DNA of 32,000 nt from Opitutales bacterium (GTDB lineage Bacteria > Verrucomicrobiota > Verrucomicrobiia > Opitutales > Coraliomargaritaceae): positions 90,001-122,000 of the forward strand of contig JBMYVL010000006.1 of NCBI GenBank assembly GCA_049606355.1, in the 5' to 3' direction. How positions within the stretch are numbered: position 1 is the stretch's first letter; each line of letters opens with the position of its first letter. Of this stretch, positions 23,011-31,529 are shown piece by piece. The notes under the pieces are model-generated. The model saw nothing but the letters and a program-made list of their open reading frames with translations, searched no databases and was not told the origin of the DNA. A program made the translations under genes and the position numbers.

Positions 23011-23026
23011 AGCAAAATGCATGCCA
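23011..23026 (-). promoter_or_regulatory. Candidate sigma-54 (RpoN) -24/-12 promoter for glnII
   Basis: The minus strand reads TGGCATGCATTTTGCT against the consensus TGGCAC-N5-TTGCW, with exact GG-to-GC spacing. It lies about 93 nt upstream of the glnII ATG. Confidence 0.55.
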
Positions 23027-23156
23027 TAGATTTCTCGCAAGGATTATTTGTTTTTTTTGACCATTTTCTGCCGAATCCGCCGCGGCGGCTCCAGCTCGGT
23101 GCTTTTTCGTGCACCTGTCTTGCCTTCGCCGCGGCAATCCTCCAGTGTGCGGAACT

Positions 23157-23615
23157 ATGCAGGAGGCAAAAAATACCGCCCGAGCCCTGGTGCGCATCGG
23201 CTTTGATGGTCGGGTCCACAAGTATTTCAAGGGGCCGCAGGCAGGTGAGCGCTATGCCAACGAACTGCGGGTGCTGCGCTATCTCGAGCAGAAAGGCTGT
23301 GCCTTTGTGCCGCATTTGATCAGTAGCGACGACGCCAAGCTGTATTTGGTGACCTCCAATGCGGGCCAACGGGTCGAGCATGTCAGCGCGGCGAAATGTG
23401 AACAGATGTTTGCACAATTAGAGCGCTACGGGGTACGCCATGAGGATGCTGAGCTCCGTAATATTACGTACAACGAACAGCAGGGGCAGTTTAATATCAT
23501 TGATTTTGAATACGCGACGATTCTGGAGCCGGGCTACCCGCCCTCGCCGGAAATGAAATCCGTCGCTGACCGCGGCCAGTGGCAGGAGCCACCGACAAGT
23601 ACTGAACGACGATGA
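23157..23615 (+). CDS. Very small protein-kinase-like (PKL) fold protein, 152 aa
   Basis: Candidate beta3 Lys (GRVHKY), alphaC Glu (ANELRVL), Brenner-type catalytic loop HEDAELRN (HxDxxxxN) and an IIDFEYA metal-binding motif. The ATG at 23157 is preferred over the GTG at 23109. The stop overlaps the next start (ATGA). Confidence 0.6.
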   Translation: MQEAKNTARALVRIGFDGRVHKYFKGPQAGERYANELRVLRYLEQKGCAFVPHLISSDDAKLYLVTSNAGQRVEHVSAAKCEQMFAQLERYGVRHEDAELRNITYNEQQGQFNIIDFEYATILEPGYPPSPEMKSVADRGQWQEPPTSTERR

Positions 23616-24439
23616 TGGCCGATTCCGACCCACCGACCCTACACTGGGCGGGATGTACCGATGTGGGACGTTTTCGCTCAAACAACGAAGACGCCTATCT
23701 GGCGCTGGCAGTCGACGGTGAGGGCGTCCGCCGCTTGGGTAAGTATGGCGACGCGGACCTACAGACCTGCGACTACGTGGTGGCAGTCAGCGATGGCATG
23801 GGGGGCGCGAATGCGGGAGAATTTGCCAGTCAGGTGGCAGTCGATAAAATCACGAGCTTGTTTCCACGTTCGTTTCGCAGCGCTGCAGGGGGCCTGCAGA
23901 TCGGCTTTCAGGATATCCTGACGCAGTTGTTTGCCGAGATCCACGCGGAGCTGCAGCACCTGGGGCAAAGCTATGAGGAGTTGTCCGGTATGGGTGCGAC
24001 ACTGAGTCTGTGCTGGGTGCGCCCCGGATGGCTCTACTTCTGCCATGTGGGGGATAGTCGCATTTATCACTTCCCCGCGAAGGGGACGCTGCAGCAACTC
24101 ACCCAGGATCACACCCACGTCGGGTGGCAATACGCGCAGGGGCAGCTCAATGAGCGTCAAGCGCGCGAGCATCCGGGGCGTAATGCCCTGCAGCAGGCGC
24201 TGGGCGGCAAGACTCAAGTCCTCAATCCCTGTCTGGGTGCGGTGGCGTATGAGCCGGGTGATCAGTTTTTGCTGTGCACCGATGGGCTGGTCGAGGGCCT
24301 GTGGGACCGCGGTATGGCACGTATTTTAAGCACCGCGCCACCAGCGGGCGAGGGCACGGTGGCGGAGCGCTTGGTGCAGGAAGCAGTCGCGACCGACGGT
24401 CGGGATAACACGACGGCACTGGTCCTGTCCTTTCGCTAG
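23612..24439 (+). CDS. PP2C-family (PPM) Ser/Thr protein phosphatase
   Basis: GRFRSNNEDAY, VSDGMGG, LCTDGL and DNTTALVL are the PPM metal-binding motifs. Length is 275 aa. Confidence 0.9.
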   Translation: MMADSDPPTLHWAGCTDVGRFRSNNEDAYLALAVDGEGVRRLGKYGDADLQTCDYVVAVSDGMGGANAGEFASQVAVDKITSLFPRSFRSAAGGLQIGFQDILTQLFAEIHAELQHLGQSYEELSGMGATLSLCWVRPGWLYFCHVGDSRIYHFPAKGTLQQLTQDHTHVGWQYAQGQLNERQAREHPGRNALQQALGGKTQVLNPCLGAVAYEPGDQFLLCTDGLVEGLWDRGMARILSTAPPAGEGTVAERLVQEAVATDGRDNTTALVLSFR

Positions 24440-24499
24440 CGGTACTCGCCGCCGCAGGCATGCTTTAAGCTGCGTTCGACTTGACTTTTCGCGCGGGTG

Positions 24500-24517
24500 A
24501 CTTTGATTAATCAAAGT
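24500..24517. promoter_or_regulatory. Perfect 18-bp palindrome ACTTTGATTAATCAAAGT, a candidate metalloregulator operator
   Basis: It is self-complementary over all 18 nt and ends at the base before the ATG of the metal-SBP gene. TTGACT lies 13 nt upstream of the palindrome (24481-24486), and AT-rich -10-like hexamers fall inside it. Confidence 0.5.
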
Positions 24518-25501
24518 ATGCAGTTTGGTTTATCACGATCCTTCGCCGCGCTCGCCCTCACGGCCCTCGCGCTGCTGTGCAGTTGTGAGCGCGCGCCTGC
24601 CCCGCAGCAAACAGCGACGCGCCCCGCCGATCACTACAAGGTGCTGTGTACCGTCGGGATGATCACGGATGTGGTGCGCAACCTGGCCGGCGATACCGCG
24701 GCAGTGGAGGGCCTCATTGGAGAGGGGATTGATCCGCACCTCTACAAGCCCACCCGCGGGGATGTGGTCAGGCTCGCGGCTGCCGACGTGGTCTTTTACA
24801 ATGGCCTCTTGTTGGAAGGGAAGATGACCGATCTTTTTGCCGGGCTCGCGAGGGATGGGAAGCCGGTGCGGGCGGTGACTGAATCTATTTTGCAGGATGC
24901 GGCCTATCTGTTGGCTAAGGACGATGGCTCGGCACAGACCGATCCGCATGTGTGGATGGATGTGCAGGGCTGGATGCAAGCGGTACCGGTTCTGTGTGAG
25001 ACGCTCAGCGCGTATGCGCCGCAGCACGCCGCCAGCTATGCAGCCAACGCAGCGGCGTATCTGCAGGAACTCGCCGCACTCGACGCCTATGCGCGTGCGG
25101 CCCTGTCGACCATCCCGGTGGCGCAACGGGTGTTGGTCACCGCGCATGACGCCTTTAACTACATGGGCCGTGCCTATGGAATCGAAGTGCGCGGGATTCA
25201 GGGGATGAGCACCGAGTCTGAAGCCGGCGTGCGCGATCTCGAGGCCTTGGTTGAGTGGATCGTCGCCAGGCAGATTCCCGCGGTGTTCGTGGAAAGTTCC
25301 GTGGCAGATAAAAATGTGCGGGCACTCGTCGAAGGGGCGCGGGCGCGCGGTCACGAGGTTGTGATCGGCGGCGAGCTGTTCTCGGACGCGATGGGGGCCC
25401 CGGGCACGTACGAAGGCACCTATATTGGTATGATCGATCACAATGTAACTACCATTGCGAATGCCTTGGGGGGCAGCGCGGCGGGCTTCCGACAGAAATA
25501 G
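24518..25501 (+). CDS. Metal ABC transporter substrate-binding lipoprotein (cluster A-I, TroA/MntC/ZnuA-like)
   Basis: Lipobox LLCSC. Metal-ligand motifs DPHLYKP, DPHVWMD, TAHDAFNY and ELFSDAMG give a His-His-His-Asp pattern as in TroA. There is no His-rich ZnuA loop. Confidence 0.9.
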   Translation: MQFGLSRSFAALALTALALLCSCERAPAPQQTATRPADHYKVLCTVGMITDVVRNLAGDTAAVEGLIGEGIDPHLYKPTRGDVVRLAAADVVFYNGLLLEGKMTDLFAGLARDGKPVRAVTESILQDAAYLLAKDDGSAQTDPHVWMDVQGWMQAVPVLCETLSAYAPQHAASYAANAAAYLQELAALDAYARAALSTIPVAQRVLVTAHDAFNYMGRAYGIEVRGIQGMSTESEAGVRDLEALVEWIVARQIPAVFVESSVADKNVRALVEGARARGHEVVIGGELFSDAMGAPGTYEGTYIGMIDHNVTTIANALGGSAAGFRQK

Positions 25502-25558
25502 GGGGCTTCCGAAACTTCACCCACCCAGACAGCGCGATGGTGCACGCTTGAATCACTT

Positions 25559-26368
25559 ATGACTGCAACCGTTGAATCCGTACCGCAGGGCGCGTCACCC
25601 GCCGCCGCGGCAGAGCGCTACCCCTTGTCGGTGCGCGACCTCACCGTGGCTTATCACCGTAAGCCAGTCGTTTGGGATATCGACCTCGCGATACCCGAGG
25701 GCAAGTTAGTCGCGATCGTCGGACCCAACGGAGCCGGCAAAAGCACCTTGCTGAAGGCTTGCTTGGATTTGATACCGCGTACTTCGGGGGAGGTACAGGT
25801 CTATGGCCGGCCCTATGCAAAGGCGCGCCAACAGGTCGGCTATGTGCCACAACGCGAGAGTGTCGATTGGGATTTCCCTGTCAGCGCGCTCGATGTGGTG
25901 GCGATGGGTCTGTACGGCCAGCTGGGCTGGTTTCGCCGGGTGAACAAGCGTGCGCGCGCCCTGGCGCTACAAGCACTCGATCGTGTCGGCTTGGCGGATT
26001 ATGCCGATCGGCAGATTAGCCAGCTCTCCGGCGGCCAGCAGCAACGCACGTTCTTGGCTCGGGCGCTGGTACAGGATGCCGATGTTTATTTAATGGATGA
26101 GCCCTTTGCCGCAGTTGATGCCGCGACGGAACGCGCCATTGTCGAATTGCTCAAAGACTTCCAGCGCCGTGGCAAGACTTGTCTGGTGGTGCACCACGAT
26201 TTGGCGACGGTGCCGCAGTATTTTGACTGGTCGGTCCTACTCAATATGCGTGTGGTGGCGCAGGGTCCGACGGATGTCGTGTTCACCGAAGCGAACTTGC
26301 GCAAGACCTATGGGGCGAAGCTCTCGCTGTTGAGCGAGGCCGCGGAGCAATTGATGCAAGCGCAGTAA
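25559..26368 (+). CDS. Metal ABC transporter ATP-binding protein (TroB/MntB/ZnuC-like)
   Basis: Walker A GPNGAGKSTLLK, signature LSGGQQQR, Walker B VYLMDEP. Confidence 0.93.
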   Translation: MTATVESVPQGASPAAAAERYPLSVRDLTVAYHRKPVVWDIDLAIPEGKLVAIVGPNGAGKSTLLKACLDLIPRTSGEVQVYGRPYAKARQQVGYVPQRESVDWDFPVSALDVVAMGLYGQLGWFRRVNKRARALALQALDRVGLADYADRQISQLSGGQQQRTFLARALVQDADVYLMDEPFAAVDAATERAIVELLKDFQRRGKTCLVVHHDLATVPQYFDWSVLLNMRVVAQGPTDVVFTEANLRKTYGAKLSLLSEAAEQLMQAQ

Positions 26369-26376
26369 GTCATTCG

Positions 26377-27729
26377 ATGGAGGGGTCTGATCTTTCGGCA
26401 GTGCTTTTCCTGCGCGATTACAATACGCGCTTGGTGGTTGTCTGCACGCTTTTGCTCGGTTGCGCCTGCGGCTTGATGGGCAGCTTTCTTCTCCTGCGTA
26501 AACGCTCGTTGATGGGGGATACGCTTTCGCATGCCACTTTGCCGGGCGTCGGTCTGGCCTACATGCTCGCTAGTTTACTGGGGGGCAATGGCAAGTCCCT
26601 GCCGGTGTTGCTTGCGGGGGCCACGCTTACCGGCTTGTTGGGTTGTTTTTGTGTGCTGTTGATTCGCAATCAGACGCGCATCAAAGACGATGCGGCGATG
26701 GGGATCGTCTTGAGCGTCTTTTTTGGCGCCGGGGTCGCGGTGCTGGGCCTGATACAAACCATGCCCGAGGGCAGTGCGGCAGGCTTGGAAGCCTTTATCT
26801 ACGGCAAGACTGCGTCGATGATCATGAGTGATTTTCGCCTATTGCTGCTGGTTACCGGCACCGTACTTGTGCTTTCGGTTGTATTGTTTAAGGAATTGCG
26901 CCTGCTGTGTTTCGATGAGGTCTATGCCGCTGCGCAGGGCTGGCCCGTGAAGCGCTTGGATCTCCTGCTGCTCGCTTTGGTGACCTTGGTCACGGTAGCC
27001 GGGCTGCAAGCGGTCGGCCTGATATTGATCATTGCCTTCCTGATCACGCCTGCCGCGGCCGCACGGTTTTGGACCGATCGTCTGGACGGCATGTTAGTGC
27101 TCTCTGCGGTGATTGGCGGCTTGAGCGGCTGGCTTGGTGCCAGTCTCAGCGCATTGGCGCCGCGCCTGCCGGCCGGTGCACTGATCGTTCTGGTCGCCGC
27201 CGGCTTCTTTATCGTCAGTCTGCTGTTGGGCACGGAGCGCGGTGTCGCGGTGCGTTGGTTGCGGCAACGCAGCCTCAAGCGCTCGGTGGGGCGGCAGCAC
27301 TTATTGCGTGCGTTGTATGAGATTTTGGAAGCCGATGCCTTAAACAGTCGGTCGGTCCAGATTCGGCCCGTAGCGTTTCGGCAAGTGCGTGGCCGGCGGA
27401 CTTGGTCGGACGCCCAGCTACGGCGGCATTTGCAGCATGCCTACCAGGACGGACTGCTCGAGGCCATTACCGCAGCGGACGGCATCGTGCTATCCGAAGC
27501 CGGTTTAGAAGCGGCGATCCAAGTCACGCGTAACCACCGCCTGTGGGAGCTCTATTTAATCGAATATGCCGATGTGGCGCCCAGTCGGGTCGACCGCGAT
27601 GCGGATACGCTCGAGCACGTGCTGGGGGAGCAAATGGTGGGCGAACTGGAAGCCAAGTTGCAACGCCTGCGCATGGCCGGCACTGCAGTCGTGCCGCCGA
27701 GTCCACACCCCATTCAACCCGGAGACTGA
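26377..27729 (+). CDS. Metal ABC transporter permease (ABC-3 family, TroC-like) fused to a C-terminal DtxR/MntR-like domain
   Basis: Residues 1-290 are a typical ABC-3 permease. Residues 290-450 are soluble, begin with a basic stretch (RWLRQRSLKRSVGRQ), and contain TRNHRLWELYL...VDRDADTLEHVLGEQMVGELEAKL, resembling DtxR [10 protein letters not shown]...[20 protein letters not shown]. Confidence 0.88.
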   Translation: MEGSDLSAVLFLRDYNTRLVVVCTLLLGCACGLMGSFLLLRKRSLMGDTLSHATLPGVGLAYMLASLLGGNGKSLPVLLAGATLTGLLGCFCVLLIRNQTRIKDDAAMGIVLSVFFGAGVAVLGLIQTMPEGSAAGLEAFIYGKTASMIMSDFRLLLLVTGTVLVLSVVLFKELRLLCFDEVYAAAQGWPVKRLDLLLLALVTLVTVAGLQAVGLILIIAFLITPAAAARFWTDRLDGMLVLSAVIGGLSGWLGASLSALAPRLPAGALIVLVAAGFFIVSLLLGTERGVAVRWLRQRSLKRSVGRQHLLRALYEILEADALNSRSVQIRPVAFRQVRGRRTWSDAQLRRHLQHAYQDGLLEAITAADGIVLSEAGLEAAIQVTRNHRLWELYLIEYADVAPSRVDRDADTLEHVLGEQMVGELEAKLQRLRMAGTAVVPPSPHPIQPGD

Positions 27730-27738
27730 GGCGCAGCT

Positions 27739-28654
<916 letters not shown>

Positions 28655-28674
<20 letters not shown>

Positions 28675-29812
28675 GGAACTCGTCGTTGTTCTTGGTCTGA
28701 CTGAAGCGATCGATCATCGTCTCTGCGGCATCTTCAATCTTTTGGCCGGCGAGTGCGCGGCGCAGGAATTGCGCGCCGGTGAGGTACTTGCCGGACAGCA
28801 ACAGTTCTTCCTTGCGCGTGCCGGATGCATTGAGATTGATCGCAGGCCACAGGCGCAGCTCCGCCGCTTTGCGATCGAGCACCATTTCCATATTACCGGT
28901 GCCCTTGAACTCCTGAAAAATTAGGTCGTCCATCTTGCTGCCAGTTTCAATCAAGGCAGTGGCGATAATGGTCAAGCTGCCACCTTCTTCGCAGTTGCGT
29001 GCGGCAGAGAAAATTTGCCGTGGCTTTTCCAGGGCACGGACATCCAGGCCACCGGTCATGGTGCGCCCACCTTTACCGGAAGAGGCGTTGTAAGCACGGG
29101 CCAGACGCGTGATGGAGTCGAGCAGTAAGACGACATCTTTACCCGCTTCGACCATACGCTTGGCGCGCTCGACGGCGATTTCCGCCATACGCAGGTGGTT
29201 GGTGAGTTCTTCATCGTTGGACGAGGCGTAGATCTCCGCATCCACGCTACGCTTGAAATCGGTGACTTCTTCGGGCCGCTCATCCACGAGCAGTACAATC
29301 ACATGGCACTCCGGATGGTTTTGCAGGACGCCAGCAGCAATATCATGCAGCAGGGTGGTCTTACCGGTACGGGGTGGGGCAACAATCAAGCCACGCGTGC
29401 CCTTACCAATGGGGCAAAATAAATCCATGATGCGGGTGGTGACGCGGCCGTCGCTGTGCTCGAGGCGGATTTGTTCATCCGGCGCAATCGAGACCATTTG
29501 TTGGAAACTGAAGCGGCGCTTGCGCTCTTCGACCGTGGCGCCATCGATGGTGTCGATAAAGCGCACCTTGGGGTTGGGGTGGCGTGGGTTGTGTTGCGCT
29601 TTCGCAACAATGAAATTACCCTGCTTGAGTTTGAAGCGTTTGATCAGTTCGCGTGGCACAAAGGGGTCGCTGGGCGTGGTCTTGCCATTGCGTGTTGGGT
29701 CAATCAATTGCCCCGACTTATTCGGCAAGACTTCCAGAATGCCGGAGACCTCGATCTCATTGTCCTGCGTTTGTGCTGCCTTGGGCTCTTCGGTTTCGTT
29801 GTGGTCGCTCAT
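28655..29812 (-). CDS. rho: Transcription termination factor Rho (385 aa, lacking the N-terminal helix-bundle subdomain)
   Basis: Walker [15 protein letters not shown], plus [24 protein letters not shown] and [20 protein letters not shown]. The ATG at 29812 (MSDHNETEE..) is preferred over 29887, whose extra 25 residues are Cys/His-rich and not Rho-like. Confidence 0.93.
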
Positions 29813-30067
29813 ATGGTCAAGCTGGCTACAGCTTTTGCTGTGATGTGCGCATAGAGTGCGACATGACAGGTGGTGGGGCAGATTCAATCCGCCGCGTGGA
29901 AGGGTATCGTTGCTTTGGATCGGTGAGCCACAGGCTCAATCGCTTGCGAAGGATGTTTCGCACAATCCGTCAACGATGTCCGCATTGAGGGGCACGAGCT
30001 GCGTACTGTCAATGCTTTAGAAGGGCGAGTCGCTTGCTGCGAAACCGCCAGCCGGAGCGAACCGACA

Positions 30068-30526
30068 CTAAGAAAAGACTTCGACCATCGCCTGCCGACG
30101 ATAGTCAAAAATGTACTGAAGTTGTTTTTTTACGTACAGCCAATGCGCGATCGCCCCCAAGGGGCCGAAGGGCAGGGTGTAGTGCACACGATCCACAAAG
30201 CGTACCCCATCCGCATGCTCGCTGATTTCGTGGTAGTGGTACCACAGACGGTAAGGGCCGATGCGCTGCTCATCGACAAAGGAGTGATGGTCGCGCACGT
30301 GTTTGATTTCGGAGAGCCAGGGCTGCTTGCCCAGCAGTGGGATGCCAATCCGATACTCAATCATCAGCCCATTGTACATTTCCTCTGGCACCTCCGAAAT
30401 GATCTCAAAGCTCATATCATCGGGCGTGATACGGTTGAGATTCTGAGGTCGACGAATAAAGTCCCATGCGGTGTTCAGGTCGGTCGCGATAACTTGTTCG
30501 CGGTACAATTGCTTGAGGGCAGGCAT
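30068..30526 (-). CDS. SRPBCC-superfamily (START/Bet v1-like, polyketide-cyclase-like) protein
   Basis: 152 aa. The pattern ..W.FI..P.NL..ITP......I........G..I.Y......LG....W.SEI......F.DEQ..GPY..W.H.H.F recalls the small SRPBCC proteins often found alone or fused to SDR epimerases. This is recognition from memory only. Confidence 0.6.
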   Translation of the reverse strand: MPALKQLYREQVIATDLNTAWDFIRRPQNLNRITPDDMSFEIISEVPEEMYNGLMIEYRIGIPLLGKQPWLSEIKHVRDHHSFVDEQRIGPYRLWYHYHEISEHADGVRFVDRVHYTLPFGPLGAIAHWLYVKKQLQYIFDYRRQAMVEVFS

Positions 30527-30617
30527 GCTGAGAAAACGTCAGCGGGCTGATGACCTTACAAGCGTTGATAAAACCGTAAGTTTGCATTAGCGCTTACGTT
30601 TCCTTTGATACCCGACC

Positions 30618-31529
30618 ATGAACTTACTCAAACTACTCAGGCACTGTGTGATGGAAGAGGACAACCGCCTCCTGCTGACATCATCGCCGTTGATTTTTAT
30701 GCACCTTGCCTGTATCGGCATCTTTTTTACCGGCTTTAGTTGGGTCGCGGTGGCAGCACTGGCGGTGACTTATTTGACACGGGTCTTCGCGCTCACCGCC
30801 GGCTTCCACCGCTATTTCTCACACCGCGCGTTCAAGACCAGTCGCGCCTTTCAGTTCGTGTTGGCGTGGGTGGGCACGTCGTCCGCACAGCTCGGGCCGA
30901 TGTGGTGGGCGGCCAACCACCGCCATCATCATCAACACTCGGATAAAGAAGCGGACATACACTCACCGGTTATTCGCGATGCCTTTTGGGCGCACATTGG
31001 TTGGGTGCTGTGCAAGGCACACAGTGAAATTAAATACGATCGGATCAAAGACCTAACCAAATATCCGGAGCTCAAGTTTATCGATCGGTTTCATGTGTTG
31101 CCGGTGCTGAGTCTAATTGTGGCGCTCTATGCGATTGGTTGGGGCCTGAATGTGGCCTTCCCACAGCTGGGTACGAGTGGCTTACAGTTGGTGATGTGGG
31201 GCTTCTTTTTGAGTACGGTGTTGGTCTACCACGTGACGTTTTGTGTGAATTCGGTGACGCACATCATCGGCAGTAAGCGCTTTGCGACTGATGATGAAAG
31301 TCGCAACAACTGGTGGGTTGCCTTGCTAACCTTTGGCGAAGGTTGGCACAACAATCACCACCGTTACCCTTCTTCGGCACGGCAAGGGATGTATTGGTGG
31401 GAGATTGATGTTTCGTATTACATCCTGCGTTTATTCGAGCTCTGCGGTATTGTTTGGGATGTGCGGGCGTATCCACAAAAGATCTACGCGGAGGCCGCTG
31501 CCAATGCGGCTCGCTCGCACGGCGCATGA
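30618..31529 (+). CDS. Membrane acyl-CoA/acyl-lipid desaturase (Delta-9 stearoyl-CoA desaturase family)
   Basis: Three histidine boxes, HRYFSH, HRHHHQHSD and HNNHHRY, with hydrophobic spans between them. Length is 303 aa. Confidence 0.9.
   Translation: MNLLKLLRHCVMEEDNRLLLTSSPLIFMHLACIGIFFTGFSWVAVAALAVTYLTRVFALTAGFHRYFSHRAFKTSRAFQFVLAWVGTSSAQLGPMWWAANHRHHHQHSDKEADIHSPVIRDAFWAHIGWVLCKAHSEIKYDRIKDLTKYPELKFIDRFHVLPVLSLIVALYAIGWGLNVAFPQLGTSGLQLVMWGFFLSTVLVYHVTFCVNSVTHIIGSKRFATDDESRNNWWVALLTFGEGWHNNHHRYPSSARQGMYWWEIDVSYYILRLFELCGIVWDVRAYPQKIYAEAAANAARSHGA

Noticed and set aside
30575-30598. An inverted repeat, CGTAAG-N12-CTTACG, in the SRPBCC/desaturase divergent intergenic region.
   Set aside because: With only 6 bp per arm and no extension, such repeats are expected by chance in a 32-kb window. 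No regulator gene lies nearby to give it context.
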